Under the pieces are notes generated by a model. The model did not search any database. It was given only the letters and a program-made list of their open reading frames with translations, and had not been told where the DNA came from. Positions 47,132 to 57,252 of a stretch of DNA of 64,000 nt are shown piece after piece (the stretch's first letter is position 1; each line of letters opens with the position of its first letter). Source of the DNA: Nanobdellota archaeon (GTDB lineage Archaea > Nanobdellota > Nanobdellia > CSSed11-243R1). The DNA is taken from positions 2,906-66,905 of the forward strand of contig JAGGYW010000001.1 of NCBI GenBank assembly GCA_021162365.1, given 5' to 3'. Made by a program: the position numbers and the translations under genes.

Positions 47132-47808
47132 TTTGATACCTCCACCTTTCCATCTTTAATATGAATTAATCTTTTCAAGCCTTTTGCTATATTTAAGTCA
47201 TGCGTTACTATGATAACTGTTTTTCCTTTGTTTTTATTAAAAGAGATTAGGAGGTCCATTATCTCCTTTCCACTTTTCGAGTCTAAGTTACCTGTCGGCT
47301 CGTCTGCGAGAATTATGTCTGGATTATTTGCGAGCGCTCTTGCAATTGCAACCCTCTGTCTTTCTCCACCACTCATCTCGGATGGAAGGTGATTTATTCT
47401 GTGTTTAAGTCCGACTTCACTAAGAAGTTCTTTTGCTCTTGTTACTCTTTCTTCCTTTTTGACATTCTGAAATATCATTGGGAGCTCAACATTCTGGAGT
47501 GCAGTCAACGATGGTATTAGGTTAAATGTTTGGAAGACAAATCCTATCTCTTTTCCTCTCATTTTTGCAAGCTCGCTTCTCGTAAATTTTGTTATGTCCT
47601 TACCTTTTATTTTGACTACACCTCTTGTTGGCACGTCTAATGTACCTATGAGGTGCATACACGTAGATTTGCCCGAACCTGAAGGCCCCACAATTCCAAC
47701 TAATTCACCTCTTTCAATGTTAAACGAAACACCTCTAAGCGCTGGCACATTTACTTCTCCCATCTTATAAATCTTCCACACATCTTTGAATTCAATTAGA
47801 TTTTTCAT
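47128..47808 (-). CDS. ABC transporter ATP-binding protein (MacB/LolD-like)
   Basis: Walker A GPSGSGKST, signature MSGGERQR, Walker B ILADEPT. Start at MKNLIEF is preferred. Confidence 0.9.
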   Translation of the reverse strand: MKNLIEFKDVWKIYKMGEVNVPALRGVSFNIERGELVGIVGPSGSGKSTCMHLIGTLDVPTRGVVKIKGKDITKFTRSELAKMRGKEIGFVFQTFNLIPSLTALQNVELPMIFQNVKKEERVTRAKELLSEVGLKHRINHLPSEMSGGERQRVAIARALANNPDIILADEPTGNLDSKSGKEIMDLLISFNKNKGKTVIIVTHDLNIAKGLKRLIHIKDGKVEVSK

Positions 47809-49099
47809 CTTCGAACTCCACTTCAATCCCAAAGTTTTCTTTTATCAAGTTAAGTATTTCATATTTTATATCATCCACTTTCTCTTCTTTTTCTTCTATT
47901 CTCTTTTTTAATTCAGGTATCTCATTTTCAAGTTTTTTAATCCACTGATTTGATACTTTTAGCGTCTCCTTTAAGTTATCATATTCATTTATGTCTATCT
48001 CCTCGAATTCCCTTGCAAGTCTCTCTTGTTCTGTTTTGATATTCCTTATTGTATCCTTTAAACTAGATAGTTCGATGGGCATTTTGTTTATGTCCTCAAG
48101 GATTCTTGCTTTTGTTTTTTCATCAAACTTTATTTTTTCTTCTTCAATTAGTTTTTTAACTTCAGGTAGGATTTTAATTATCTTTTCTTCACGACCCTCA
48201 AGAATTATTTCTGTTGGGTTTTCGATAAACTCCTTTATTTGTTTTAAATCCTCTTTGCTTAGAAATCCTCCATAAAAATGGATATACTTTTTAATTCCTT
48301 TGATTATAAAATTGAGATTACTTTTTACATCAGATTCCAACTTTAGTTCTTCTTCTACTAATGTTTTTAATTCATTTTCAATTTCTTTTTTCCGCATGAA
48401 TTGACTTGATTTTTCAATTTCTCTTAGTTTTTCTTTTACAAGATTTTGGTTTTTTCTTAAATCTTGTAATTCTTTTTCCTTTTCACTTAGTTTTTCTTTT
48501 GTTTTTTTAATTTGTTCGTTTAGCTCTTTTAATCTGACAATGTTCTCCCTTGCTTCATTTATTGAAGTTAACTTGCTTAGGTTCTCGTTTAGAATTTCAT
48601 CCATCCTTGATAAAATGGTCGCAAGGTTAGCGCCGGTTTCATCAAGCATCCCTCTCTCTTTTTTGAACCCTATTTTAATTAGTTCTCCTTTTTTGCTTAG
48701 GATATCTTTTATTTCCTCGAGTAAGTGGTAGGTTTTATCCCTTAACTCGGAAAATTTGTTCCAGTCAGTTGCTTCAACTTTGGAGCTGTGGTTAAACAAA
48801 TATTCTAATTTATCTGCAACATTGTCTCTTGCACTCATAACTTTTTTCTTCAAGTTTGGATCAATTTCGAAGCCAATTTCCTCGGCTCTGAGTTTGTCTG
48901 CTATCTCTTTTAGATTTTCCCTAATTCTTTCAAAATTTTTGCTGACTTTCTTAGCTTCTGACTCGTGTTTTTCAAAAAGATTCTTTTCAATTTCATCTAT
49001 GAGTTTGCTGACTTCATTTTCTGTAACCTTTTTCTTCTCAGGGACTTCTTTTTTCTTTTTGAAAATCTTGCTTAGGAATTTGAACATAATCTTCCTCAT
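47792..49099 (-). CDS. Coiled-coil protein
   Basis: 435 aa, Lys/Glu-rich with heptad-like sequence throughout. First gene of the ABC cluster. Confidence 0.5.
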   Translation of the reverse strand: MRKIMFKFLSKIFKKKKEVPEKKKVTENEVSKLIDEIEKNLFEKHESEAKKVSKNFERIRENLKEIADKLRAEEIGFEIDPNLKKKVMSARDNVADKLEYLFNHSSKVEATDWNKFSELRDKTYHLLEEIKDILSKKGELIKIGFKKERGMLDETGANLATILSRMDEILNENLSKLTSINEARENIVRLKELNEQIKKTKEKLSEKEKELQDLRKNQNLVKEKLREIEKSSQFMRKKEIENELKTLVEEELKLESDVKSNLNFIIKGIKKYIHFYGGFLSKEDLKQIKEFIENPTEIILEGREEKIIKILPEVKKLIEEEKIKFDEKTKARILEDINKMPIELSSLKDTIRNIKTEQERLAREFEEIDINEYDNLKETLKVSNQWIKKLENEIPELKKRIEEKEEKVDDIKYEILNLIKENFGIEVEFEDEKSN

Positions 49100-49153
49100 G
49101 ATTTTAGGTTTTATTAAACATTCGCAACCTTTTAAAATAATGACTCCCTAGTT

Positions 49154-49873
49154 ATGAAAGGGGTGTTTTGCATGTTGAGTGACAAAAATTTTCCAAAATT
49201 AGTTATGGCTGGAGATTTACCTTTTGAAGAATTATCAAAGAAATTAGATAAAGTTAGAGATGTTCCAGAGATTGAAGCAGTAAAGATTGGTACTCTTACG
49301 ACGGGGGTAAATTATGGCTTGAGAGATGTTGCAAATGAGATAAATGATGCAGGTAAAGCTGTGATTTATGATATGCAAAAAATGGGACAAGATATTATGT
49401 CAGTAACTAAAAAACAAGCTTCTCTTTTTGGATCCGTTGCAGATGCAGTAATTATATATCCAAAATCTGTCGAGCATTGGTTCGCTGCTTATGAGGCGCT
49501 AGAAGACAGCGACACAATGTTAATTTCTGTATTATATATGACAGATGGTTATGATAATTTATCAAATAGGTTGGGTTTAACAGTACTGCTAGCAGAAGAT
49601 GCGAACTCACGTGGTATAAAAATAGAGGGTGTTGTTCTACCAGCAAACATGACAGAAATAACATCCCGTTTCATTAGCTTATTAGAGAAATACAATCAGA
49701 ATCCAATTGTTTTTAGTCCTGGGATAAAGGCACAGGGTGGAAGCGCCTATCAAGCTGCAAAGGCAGGCACAGATGTTGCTATTGTTGGAAGGGCGCTTTA
49801 CAATGCAGATGATATTCAAAAAGCAGCTCTAGAAATATTAAATGAATTAAAAAGAGGTTATTCTGAGAGGTGA
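49154..49873 (+). CDS. pyrF: Orotidine 5'-phosphate decarboxylase-like protein
   Basis: C-terminal IVGRALYNADD and the TIM-barrel-like pattern fit PyrF. The DxKxxD region is atypical (YDMQKMGQDI). Adjacent to pyrE. Confidence 0.5.
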   Translation: MKGVFCMLSDKNFPKLVMAGDLPFEELSKKLDKVRDVPEIEAVKIGTLTTGVNYGLRDVANEINDAGKAVIYDMQKMGQDIMSVTKKQASLFGSVADAVIIYPKSVEHWFAAYEALEDSDTMLISVLYMTDGYDNLSNRLGLTVLLAEDANSRGIKIEGVVLPANMTEITSRFISLLEKYNQNPIVFSPGIKAQGGSAYQAAKAGTDVAIVGRALYNADDIQKAALEILNELKRGYSER

Positions 49874-49878
49874 TAAAA

Positions 49879-50661
49879 ATGGCGAATGTAGATATAGATG
49901 TTGAAGGTATTTGCAAAGCGATGTATAGCGTAGCTGTTCCTGTAAGGAGGGCAGATGGAACATCCGAAGTTAAAGGGATATTCAAAGTTGGAGTATTTCC
50001 ATTAACTTCTGGTAAGCTTTCTCCATTTTATGTGGATACACGAGTTATACCTTCCTCCCCCGGAGAATATTCTTTCATTGTGGGTGAGTTGTTAGATAGA
50101 GTGGAAGGCTTCCTGAATGAAGGCATTACATACATAGTTTCCTCCGAAAGCGCAGGTATTCCATGGGGAGTACCAACTGCATACATGCTTAATACACCAT
50201 TTGGTTTTGTAAGAAAAGATAGGGACGAGTTTGCAGGAGCACTTGAAGAGGGTGCACGTGTACTTGGAGTTGATGATTTAAACACCACACTTAAAACAGT
50301 AGGCCACATACTAAATGTAGTTAGAAAAGAAGGCGGAACTATAGATGATGTAATTGTGGTAATTGATAGGAAAGAGTACAACAAAGAGGCATTGGAGAAA
50401 CTTAAAGTCAACTTACACTCATTGGTTACTATAAACGATTTGGTTGACTATGGTGTTAGTAACGGACACATCAGTGAAGAACAGCTTGCATTAGTGGAAA
50501 CTTACTGGAAGGATCCAATTGGTTTTGCAATAGATGCTATAAATTCTAATGGTAAACTTTTGGTTAATCATCCACGCTGGGGAAGGGTTAAACAATTCTA
50601 CAGCGGAAATCCAAAGGTCTTGGAAGCGATTGCTGAAGCTGAGAAAAAGTATAGGAGCTGA
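49879..50661 (+). CDS. pyrE: Orotate phosphoribosyltransferase-like protein with C-terminal extension
   Basis: FPLTSGKLSPFYVDTR and a PRPP-binding-like VLGVDDLNTTLKT. Confidence 0.6.
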   Translation: MANVDIDVEGICKAMYSVAVPVRRADGTSEVKGIFKVGVFPLTSGKLSPFYVDTRVIPSSPGEYSFIVGELLDRVEGFLNEGITYIVSSESAGIPWGVPTAYMLNTPFGFVRKDRDEFAGALEEGARVLGVDDLNTTLKTVGHILNVVRKEGGTIDDVIVVIDRKEYNKEALEKLKVNLHSLVTINDLVDYGVSNGHISEEQLALVETYWKDPIGFAIDAINSNGKLLVNHPRWGRVKQFYSGNPKVLEAIAEAEKKYRS

Positions 50662-50665
50662 AAAG

Positions 50666-51907
50666 ATGGACTATTCAGATTTTTTTTCGGAGAGGTCGAA
50701 ACTTCTTTCATCTAGTTTTATTAGGGATATCCTTCAGGCTGCAAAGCAACCAGGAGTTATCTCTCTAGCTGGTGGCTTGCCCGATCCTGACACATTTCCA
50801 ATAGAAAAGCTAATGGAAATCCACAATGAAGTTGGAAAGAAAAAGGAAGTATATCAATATGATGTGACATCTGGATACAGGCCATTAAGAGAAGAACTTT
50901 TGAAGTTTTTAGAAAAGAGAGGTATTTCTGCTTCTCTTGATGAATTGGTTGTAACTACCGGATCTCAGCAGGGGCTTTTTTCCTTAGCGTTACTTCTACT
51001 TAACAGAGGAGATGTGGCATATGTGGAACACCCAACTTTTGTTGGTGCATTGATGCCTTTCAAGTTGTTTGGTGCTAAGTCAATGGATATTCTAAACATA
51101 GAAGGCATTCCTATAGATGAGAATGGGATGGATGTAGATGTGTTGGAAGAAAAATTGAGGAAGGTAGAAGAACCTCCAAAGTTTGTTTATACAATTCCCA
51201 CCTTCCAGAATCCAGGAGGTGTCGTAATGTCAATTGATAGAAGAAAGAAGCTTCTTGACTTAGCACATGAATATAACTTTTCGATAGTTGAAGATGATCC
51301 TTATGGTGAGATAAGATTTACTGATGATGTCCCACCATCAATAAAAAGTATGGACAATGAGGGCAGAGTCATCTATCTTGGAACATTTTCAAAAATGCTT
51401 GCCCCAGGATTTAGAGTTGCATTTACGGTTGCTCCAAAAGAGATAACAGAAAAGATTATAGTTTCAAAACAGGCTATGGACTTGCACACAGCTACTTATG
51501 GACAGGCAGTGATAGCAGAATTCATGTCTCGCGGTTTCTTAGAAGAACACATCTCTTTCCTTAGGGAGTTTTACAAGAAGAAGAGAGATGCTTTATTGAA
51601 TGCTATGGATATCTACTTTAACAAAGATGTCGTTAAATGGGTAAAACCAAAAGGGGGGCTATTTACTTGGATAGAAGTTGAAGGATTAAATACTATGATG
51701 ATATCTGGCAGGAGCGCTGTTGAGAAATACAAGGTTGCTATAGTTCCTGGAGCTGCCTTTTATCTTTCAAAAGATGAAGGATTAAATATGGCAAGGGTAA
51801 ATTACAGCTATCCTTCGATAGATGAGCTTCATACAGGTGTTAAGCGATTGGCATATGCAATTGAAATGGAAAGAAGCAGAGGAGACAATTCAAGCGTCAT
51901 GGTTTGA
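50666..51907 (+). CDS. PLP-dependent aminotransferase (class I/II)
   Basis: FIRDIL...ISLAGGLPDP N-terminus and the SFSKMLAPGFRV PLP-lysine motif. Start at MDYSDFF is preferred. Confidence 0.8.
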   Translation: MDYSDFFSERSKLLSSSFIRDILQAAKQPGVISLAGGLPDPDTFPIEKLMEIHNEVGKKKEVYQYDVTSGYRPLREELLKFLEKRGISASLDELVVTTGSQQGLFSLALLLLNRGDVAYVEHPTFVGALMPFKLFGAKSMDILNIEGIPIDENGMDVDVLEEKLRKVEEPPKFVYTIPTFQNPGGVVMSIDRRKKLLDLAHEYNFSIVEDDPYGEIRFTDDVPPSIKSMDNEGRVIYLGTFSKMLAPGFRVAFTVAPKEITEKIIVSKQAMDLHTATYGQAVIAEFMSRGFLEEHISFLREFYKKKRDALLNAMDIYFNKDVVKWVKPKGGLFTWIEVEGLNTMMISGRSAVEKYKVAIVPGAAFYLSKDEGLNMARVNYSYPSIDELHTGVKRLAYAIEMERSRGDNSSVMV

Positions 51908-52661
51908 TATTAAAAACATCACCCGTATTTTTCAAAATTTGTTTTCTTACTTCTTCAACTTCCATCTGTTTTATTTCTGCAATTTTTTCAATTACAAGTG
52001 GAATGTTCCTTGGATCATTTCTTTCTTTTGTTGGTCCAAGATAAGGTGCATCTGTTTCTGTAAGTAACTTTTCTATTGGCAATTCTTTCAAAAGTTTCTG
52101 TCGGGCTTTGTTTATTATAACGTTTGGAGGAATCGAAAAATAGAATCCTTCAGCAGCTCCAAGTTTTGCAAGCTTCCAGCTACCACCAAAGGCATGGAGT
52201 ATTACGGGTACATGCGCCATTTTTGCAAGGAGTACAATTGTTTCTTTTTCTGCCTTCCGCGAGTGCACATTTAAAGGAAGTCGAAGTTTGTTTGCAAGCC
52301 AAATTATTTCTTTAAATCTTTCCACTTCAAGCTGCCTTTTTGCATCGTCTGTTATCCAATAAAAATCTAAGCCGACTTCCCCAATTCCCACTATTTTGTC
52401 TTTGTTGTCTTCTATAAACCTTAGCTCCTCAAAGAATTCTTTGTCACTCATCTCTGCAGCTTGCACGGGGTAAATTCCGAGATTTAAATTTACATTTTTG
52501 TATTTTAGAAGCTTTAGGGACTTTCTGTTGCTCTCAGAAGTTCCGCCACAGTTTATTACAAAAATACCTTTTTCTTCACATTCTTTTAGAATTTTGTCTC
52601 TGTCTTTGTCAAATATTTCCTCACCCATGTGAGAATGAACATCTATGTATTTGATTTTCAT
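51897..52661 (-). CDS. tatD: TatD-family metal-dependent hydrolase/DNase
   Basis: IDVHSHM N-terminus, about 254 aa, with TatD-like His/Asp pattern (HAFGG, ETDAPYL). Confidence 0.75.
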   Translation of the reverse strand: MKIKYIDVHSHMGEEIFDKDRDKILKECEEKGIFVINCGGTSESNRKSLKLLKYKNVNLNLGIYPVQAAEMSDKEFFEELRFIEDNKDKIVGIGEVGLDFYWITDDAKRQLEVERFKEIIWLANKLRLPLNVHSRKAEKETIVLLAKMAHVPVILHAFGGSWKLAKLGAAEGFYFSIPPNVIINKARQKLLKELPIEKLLTETDAPYLGPTKERNDPRNIPLVIEKIAEIKQMEVEEVRKQILKNTGDVFNIKP

Positions 52662-53479
52662 TTTCTTATCACATAAAATATTTCGTTTTTGAAGTTTAAT
52701 ACTTTTACTTCGTAGCCAAGCTTCTCACACAATTTCTTAATCCAGTCGCGGTTTGCTTTTTTCATTTCTTTTTGTCCGATTGTTTTTGTTGAGAAGCTGA
52801 CTACAATCCACTTTGCGGGAATTGACTTTATTAGTAACTCACCAATTTTTCTGCTTTTGATAATTGTAGTGTCAAGGAACTTGAAAAGAAAAGCGACATC
52901 AAATTGCGGAAGTTTTTCAAAGATGTTTTTTTCTTTTATCTTTAATAAGTTCATTACTTTTGCCTTTCCTTTAACTCCCTCCTGCTTGAAGAATTTATTA
53001 ATTAACTTTGCATCTTCTTTTGATATGTCTATTGCTAGATAAGTTACATCTTCCAAATTCATGTATCTTAGAGAGAAAGGATTCATACCACATGCTAAAT
53101 CTAAAATTGACTTTGGTTTTCCAGTAATTTCCCAAATCTTTTTGTAAAGTTGTGGGTAAATATCAAGTCTTTCTTTTGTGGATAAATGGCTTTTTAGAAT
53201 TTCAACATATCTTCCTTCCCTCAAAAAATTTTCTCGTTTTTCGAAGTTTTCTTTTGCGTAAACACCATAAACTTTCCTCAATTCAGCTCGAATTTTCTTT
53301 ATAAACTCTTTATATTTTGTAGAGCGACTTAGCGTCTTTAATTCATGCCCTTCAAAGAAGGCTTTCAGCTTGGTATTGCTTCTGAGATGTTTTTCAACTA
53401 TCCCCTGCACAAACTCATCGCTAATGGTGGATAGCTCTTTCTTCTTCTTTACATCCTTTAAAATCTTATCTAAATACAT
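52658..53479 (-). CDS. SAM-dependent methyltransferase resembling FmrO/Rmt-type 16S rRNA m7G1405 methyltransferases
   Basis: HLSTKERLDIYPQLYKKIW...SILDLACGMNPFSL...YLAIDI...VVSFSTKTIG follows the block order I recall for ArmA/RmtB/Sgm. Confidence 0.5.
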   Translation of the reverse strand: MYLDKILKDVKKKKELSTISDEFVQGIVEKHLRSNTKLKAFFEGHELKTLSRSTKYKEFIKKIRAELRKVYGVYAKENFEKRENFLREGRYVEILKSHLSTKERLDIYPQLYKKIWEITGKPKSILDLACGMNPFSLRYMNLEDVTYLAIDISKEDAKLINKFFKQEGVKGKAKVMNLLKIKEKNIFEKLPQFDVAFLFKFLDTTIIKSRKIGELLIKSIPAKWIVVSFSTKTIGQKEMKKANRDWIKKLCEKLGYEVKVLNFKNEIFYVIRK

Positions 53480-53511
53480 GTTAAATGAAAATAAAACAAA
53501 AAAGAAAAAGA

Positions 53512-53793
53512 TTACTCTTTGCTTAGAACAATCTCAATTGTGGAGATTCTTACTTTCTTTCCGTCTTCGCCCGTGAATTCTTCGGAGCTTATTCTTATGT
53601 CTTTTAGCTTGACATCTTGGATGAATCTGTTTCTTACTACTTCTGCAATGTCTACTGCCCTGCTGATGTACTTTCCTCTTGCCTTTACGGTTACTTCTTT
53701 TGCTCCAGAGTTAAATTGCATTACTACTCCTGTTACATAGTTCATAAATGGCTTCTTACCAACAAAAACAACACTGCCATTTTCTTCAGCCAT
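53512..53793 (-). CDS. albA: Alba DNA/RNA-binding protein
   Basis: [43 protein letters not shown], 93 aa. Confidence 0.85.
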   Translation of the reverse strand: MAEENGSVVFVGKKPFMNYVTGVVMQFNSGAKEVTVKARGKYISRAVDIAEVVRNRFIQDVKLKDIRISSEEFTGEDGKKVRISTIEIVLSKE

Positions 53794-53794
53794 T

Positions 53795-53998
53795 TTAATG
53801 CACCTCCGTTTCTTTGCTTTGTTTTACTAAATGAACAATAGCTCCAGCAATCTTATTTCTTAACTGCTTTGATGGTATATCCACTAATTCATCTAACATT
53901 TTTTTATTCTTTTGAAAGTCAGAGGTAAATTTATCAGGATATTGCCTAAGCAATTCCTCTGACTTGCTCTTAATGAATGTAGTTCTTATACGTCCCAT
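53795..53998 (-). CDS. rps17e: 30S ribosomal protein S17e
   Basis: [33 protein letters not shown]. The internal ATG is preferred. Confidence 0.8.
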   Translation of the reverse strand: MGRIRTTFIKSKSEELLRQYPDKFTSDFQKNKKMLDELVDIPSKQLRNKIAGAIVHLVKQSKETEVH

Positions 53999-54085
53999 TA
54001 CATTTTCCTTAGTTTTTCCCCTTTTTAAAGCTTTTCTTAGCACCACAGAGTAAGATTATTAAATCATAAATAGCTAAGATTTATC

Positions 54086-54982
54086 ATGGTGTACGGTGAA
54101 ATCATATTGGCAGTTGCTGTAATTCTTGGGTTTGTTATGGCGTATACTCACTTTTCATGGTTTAGAGTGGGTACATATATTCTATTACTCTTGGTGGCAA
54201 TAGGTATTTTCTTTAAGTTTTTTGTCAGAAAATATAACCAAAATGAGAGGGCAATTATATTCCGCATGGGTAAGTTTAATCGTATTGCAGGTCCAGGTTG
54301 GGCTATTGTCATCCCATTCTTTGAAAAAGAATTTGCTAAGGTAGACATCCGAACAAAGATGCTTAGTGTTAATATTCCTGTTGCGTTTACAAAGGATGAT
54401 CTAAGATTGAAATTAAATGGTGTCGTTTACTATAAGATCGTTGATCCAAACAAGGCCTTGCTAAAAATTGATAATTACATGCAGGGGTTAATGGATCTAA
54501 TAACAGCTCAAATTAGAAATCTTATTGCCTCTATGACTATGAGAGAGGTTTTTGGAAGTTTGCCAAAGTTAAATGACATGCTTGCAGATGCAATAAGACA
54601 TGCTACGTGGAAGTGGGGTATTGATGTCCCCATGGTGCAATTGAGAAGTGTCATGCCACCAGAAGAAATTGCAATTGCTATGCAACAGAAGGAAGTTGCA
54701 TCACAATTCATGCAGGCAGAGAAATTCAGAGCAGAGGCACGCAAGCTGGCAATAGAAGCCCTTGGAGACGCAGCAAAGAAGCTGGATGACAGAGCGCTAA
54801 TGTACTTATACATTAAGGCAATTGAAGATATTAGCAAAAGCTCAGGTACGAAGCTCGTATTCCCAGCCCAGTTTATGGATGTTATGAAGGGTGGCTTTGG
54901 TGTAGGAACCGGACTTCGTGCTGCAGGCATTGATGTAAATGATGCCGTTAAAGCTATAAAAGAAAAATTAACATCGGGTTGA
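54086..54982 (+). CDS. SPFH/band-7 (stomatin/prohibitin-like) membrane protein
   Basis: N-terminal TM segments followed by the SPFH core (ERAIIFRMGKFNRIAGPGWAIVIPFFE...DIRT). Confidence 0.8.
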   Translation: MVYGEIILAVAVILGFVMAYTHFSWFRVGTYILLLLVAIGIFFKFFVRKYNQNERAIIFRMGKFNRIAGPGWAIVIPFFEKEFAKVDIRTKMLSVNIPVAFTKDDLRLKLNGVVYYKIVDPNKALLKIDNYMQGLMDLITAQIRNLIASMTMREVFGSLPKLNDMLADAIRHATWKWGIDVPMVQLRSVMPPEEIAIAMQQKEVASQFMQAEKFRAEARKLAIEALGDAAKKLDDRALMYLYIKAIEDISKSSGTKLVFPAQFMDVMKGGFGVGTGLRAAGIDVNDAVKAIKEKLTSG

Positions 54983-56073
54983 TTATGAAAAAGATCCTTT
55001 TTTTACTAATGTTTTTAGTTGTGATCTCTTTAGCAAATGCTAGGTCGCTTGATATATCAATTGATAAAAAGGAATTAGCTGCGAACTCAGAGATAACAAT
55101 TACATATAGTATAAAGTTTGATGAGGTTGAAACATTTAGTTATCAAGTTGGTATAAAGGGAGTTAATCAAACAATTGTGTTATTAGAAAAAAATGTAACT
55201 ACAGATAGCGAGTCTGGCAGCATAACTTGGAATACTCAAAATTATCCTGCAGGTGAATATGAGGCATATGTTTTCATTTCACCTTCTACATATTGGCCTT
55301 CAAGCAAGTTTGAAATCCTTCCTTTCATGGACTTTAATATAAGCGTACAAAAGCTTGAGTTGTTTGTTTATGAGAAAAGTATTACAAAGTCTTTTGAAAT
55401 TAACAATTTGGGCAATGTCCCAATATTTGTTTCCTTATCTCCAAAAGGATTAAAATCGGAATCATCTATCGTCCCACTTACTATGAACATTGGTGTGAAT
55501 GGCTCGGCAAATGTATTGTTTTCTGTAGAAAAGCCGAAGGATAATTATAACGCATCATTAACGGTAGAAGCAAGTTGGGGTAATCTTTCACAAGAAGTAA
55601 ACATCCCCATCTATGTATACAATCCGATAGTTATTATTGAAGCGGAGAATATAACTCTTGAAAAAAGCGACAATTTGCAGGTTGTCACAGGAGTTGTATT
55701 TAACAAAGGTAATGTTCCACGAGATTTGACGTTAACCTTCTACACAGATGGAAAAGATGTCGTAGATAATATTAGAATACCTGCTGGTAAATCGTACTAT
55801 TTGAATTACACTTTCCCATTGGATACAAAAGTCAAAAGTTTAGAGATAGCGTACATCAATAGCAATGGTAAGGAAGAAACAATCATTAAGAATTTTGGGT
55901 TGTTACCTTCCATTCATGGCATTAAATTTAATTTCGACAAAAACACATATTATATCCTTGGGGGCATTATTGTTTTAATTGCAGCAATTTCATTATTCCT
56001 TAAATTTAAAAAGAAGAAAATATCTGAAGAAGGTATTGACTTAGAAAAACTAAATAGACAATTGGGGAGATAA
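54979..56073 (+). CDS. Secreted beta-sandwich surface protein with C-terminal TM anchor
   Basis: Signal peptide (VVISLANARS), INNLGNVPIFVS and FNKGNVPRDLTL modules, C-terminal TM and basic tail. Confidence 0.5.
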   Translation: MIMKKILFLLMFLVVISLANARSLDISIDKKELAANSEITITYSIKFDEVETFSYQVGIKGVNQTIVLLEKNVTTDSESGSITWNTQNYPAGEYEAYVFISPSTYWPSSKFEILPFMDFNISVQKLELFVYEKSITKSFEINNLGNVPIFVSLSPKGLKSESSIVPLTMNIGVNGSANVLFSVEKPKDNYNASLTVEASWGNLSQEVNIPIYVYNPIVIIEAENITLEKSDNLQVVTGVVFNKGNVPRDLTLTFYTDGKDVVDNIRIPAGKSYYLNYTFPLDTKVKSLEIAYINSNGKEETIIKNFGLLPSIHGIKFNFDKNTYYILGGIIVLIAAISLFLKFKKKKISEEGIDLEKLNRQLGR

Positions 56074-56826
56074 ATGGTAGATTGGTACAAAGAGTTTGGG
56101 TACGGGAAGTATAAATTCACTTTGGCAGAAATAAGAGACTTAACTATATCTGCATTAATACTTGGATTTTTATTCTCAATTGCATTGGGAACATTTAAAT
56201 ATGTCTCTCCAATTTCAGCTGTAAAGAATTTTTTGGTCGCACTTGTAATTGTTGCTCCGGCATTAATTTTTCATGAGCTTGCTCACAAGTTTATGGCACA
56301 AAGATATGATTGCAAAGCCGCATATGTGCTTTGGCCTAATGGTGCAATAATGTCATTAATATTAACTCTTATAACGGGTGGTAGAGTTATATTTGCTGCG
56401 CTTGGAGCTGTGATGATAGATACAACTTACTCTACTCGGTTGGGATACAGATTTATAGGATTATCGAGTGAGGAAATAGGTAAAATTTCAGTAGTAGGTC
56501 CATTAACCAATCTTGGATTGGCTTTGCTTGGTTTTTTAATTTACTCCATAAATCCAATAATCATTGGCACATTCATACAAATTAACTTGATAATTGCACT
56601 ATTTAATTTAATTCCATTCCCTCCATTGGATGGAGTAAAAATATTTTCGTGGAGTAGAGTTATTTGGGGTGGAATGATTGCTGCAACAGCTGCTTTGTAT
56701 TTCCTTCCACCAATTATCGGTGTTTTAATGTCGATAATAGTGGCTATTTTAGTAGGCGCGTTAATATTTGTGCTTGCAAGGTTAATCTCCCCATGGAAAC
56801 ATCCAAAGAAAGAACATGTTTTTTAG
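56074..56826 (+). CDS. Site-2 protease family (M50) membrane metalloprotease
   Basis: HELAHKF zinc motif and NLIPFPPLDG second motif, multi-pass. Confidence 0.8.
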   Translation: MVDWYKEFGYGKYKFTLAEIRDLTISALILGFLFSIALGTFKYVSPISAVKNFLVALVIVAPALIFHELAHKFMAQRYDCKAAYVLWPNGAIMSLILTLITGGRVIFAALGAVMIDTTYSTRLGYRFIGLSSEEIGKISVVGPLTNLGLALLGFLIYSINPIIIGTFIQINLIIALFNLIPFPPLDGVKIFSWSRVIWGGMIAATAALYFLPPIIGVLMSIIVAILVGALIFVLARLISPWKHPKKEHVF

Positions 56827-56882
56827 TTACAAAAACATTTAAATAGAAAAAGTTAGTTAAAAAGTTATACGGAGGTAGGAAA

Positions 56883-57149
56883 ATGGTCACAAAAGGCGAA
56901 AGAGTTCAATCTAAGGATATATTAGGTAGAACTGTTGTTAGCAAGGCAGGAAAAAAATTTGGTGAAGTCGGCGACTTGATTTTTGAGGCAAAAACAGGTG
57001 AATTAATATATGTTGTCTTGAAGAATCCAACACCTTATGCAATGAGCTTTGACTTGGAAAGAGATGAGAGGGGCAACATAAAAATTCCATTTTCATCTGT
57101 AGTTGCAGTCGGTGACTATGTCGTTGTAGCAGAAGAAGACATCTTGTAA
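56883..57149 (+). CDS. PRC-barrel domain protein
   Basis: 88 aa: ILGRTVVSKAGKKFGEVGDLIFEAKTGELIYVVL. Confidence 0.6.
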   Translation: MVTKGERVQSKDILGRTVVSKAGKKFGEVGDLIFEAKTGELIYVVLKNPTPYAMSFDLERDERGNIKIPFSSVVAVGDYVVVAEEDIL

Positions 57150-57252
57150 TTCTTTCTTATATTTTTATCTCCTTTCAGGGAAAAAACCCATAATCTTTAT
57201 ATTTATGTTTCACTTCTTAATAATTACTTTAAATTAAAAGGAGGTAAGCTAA

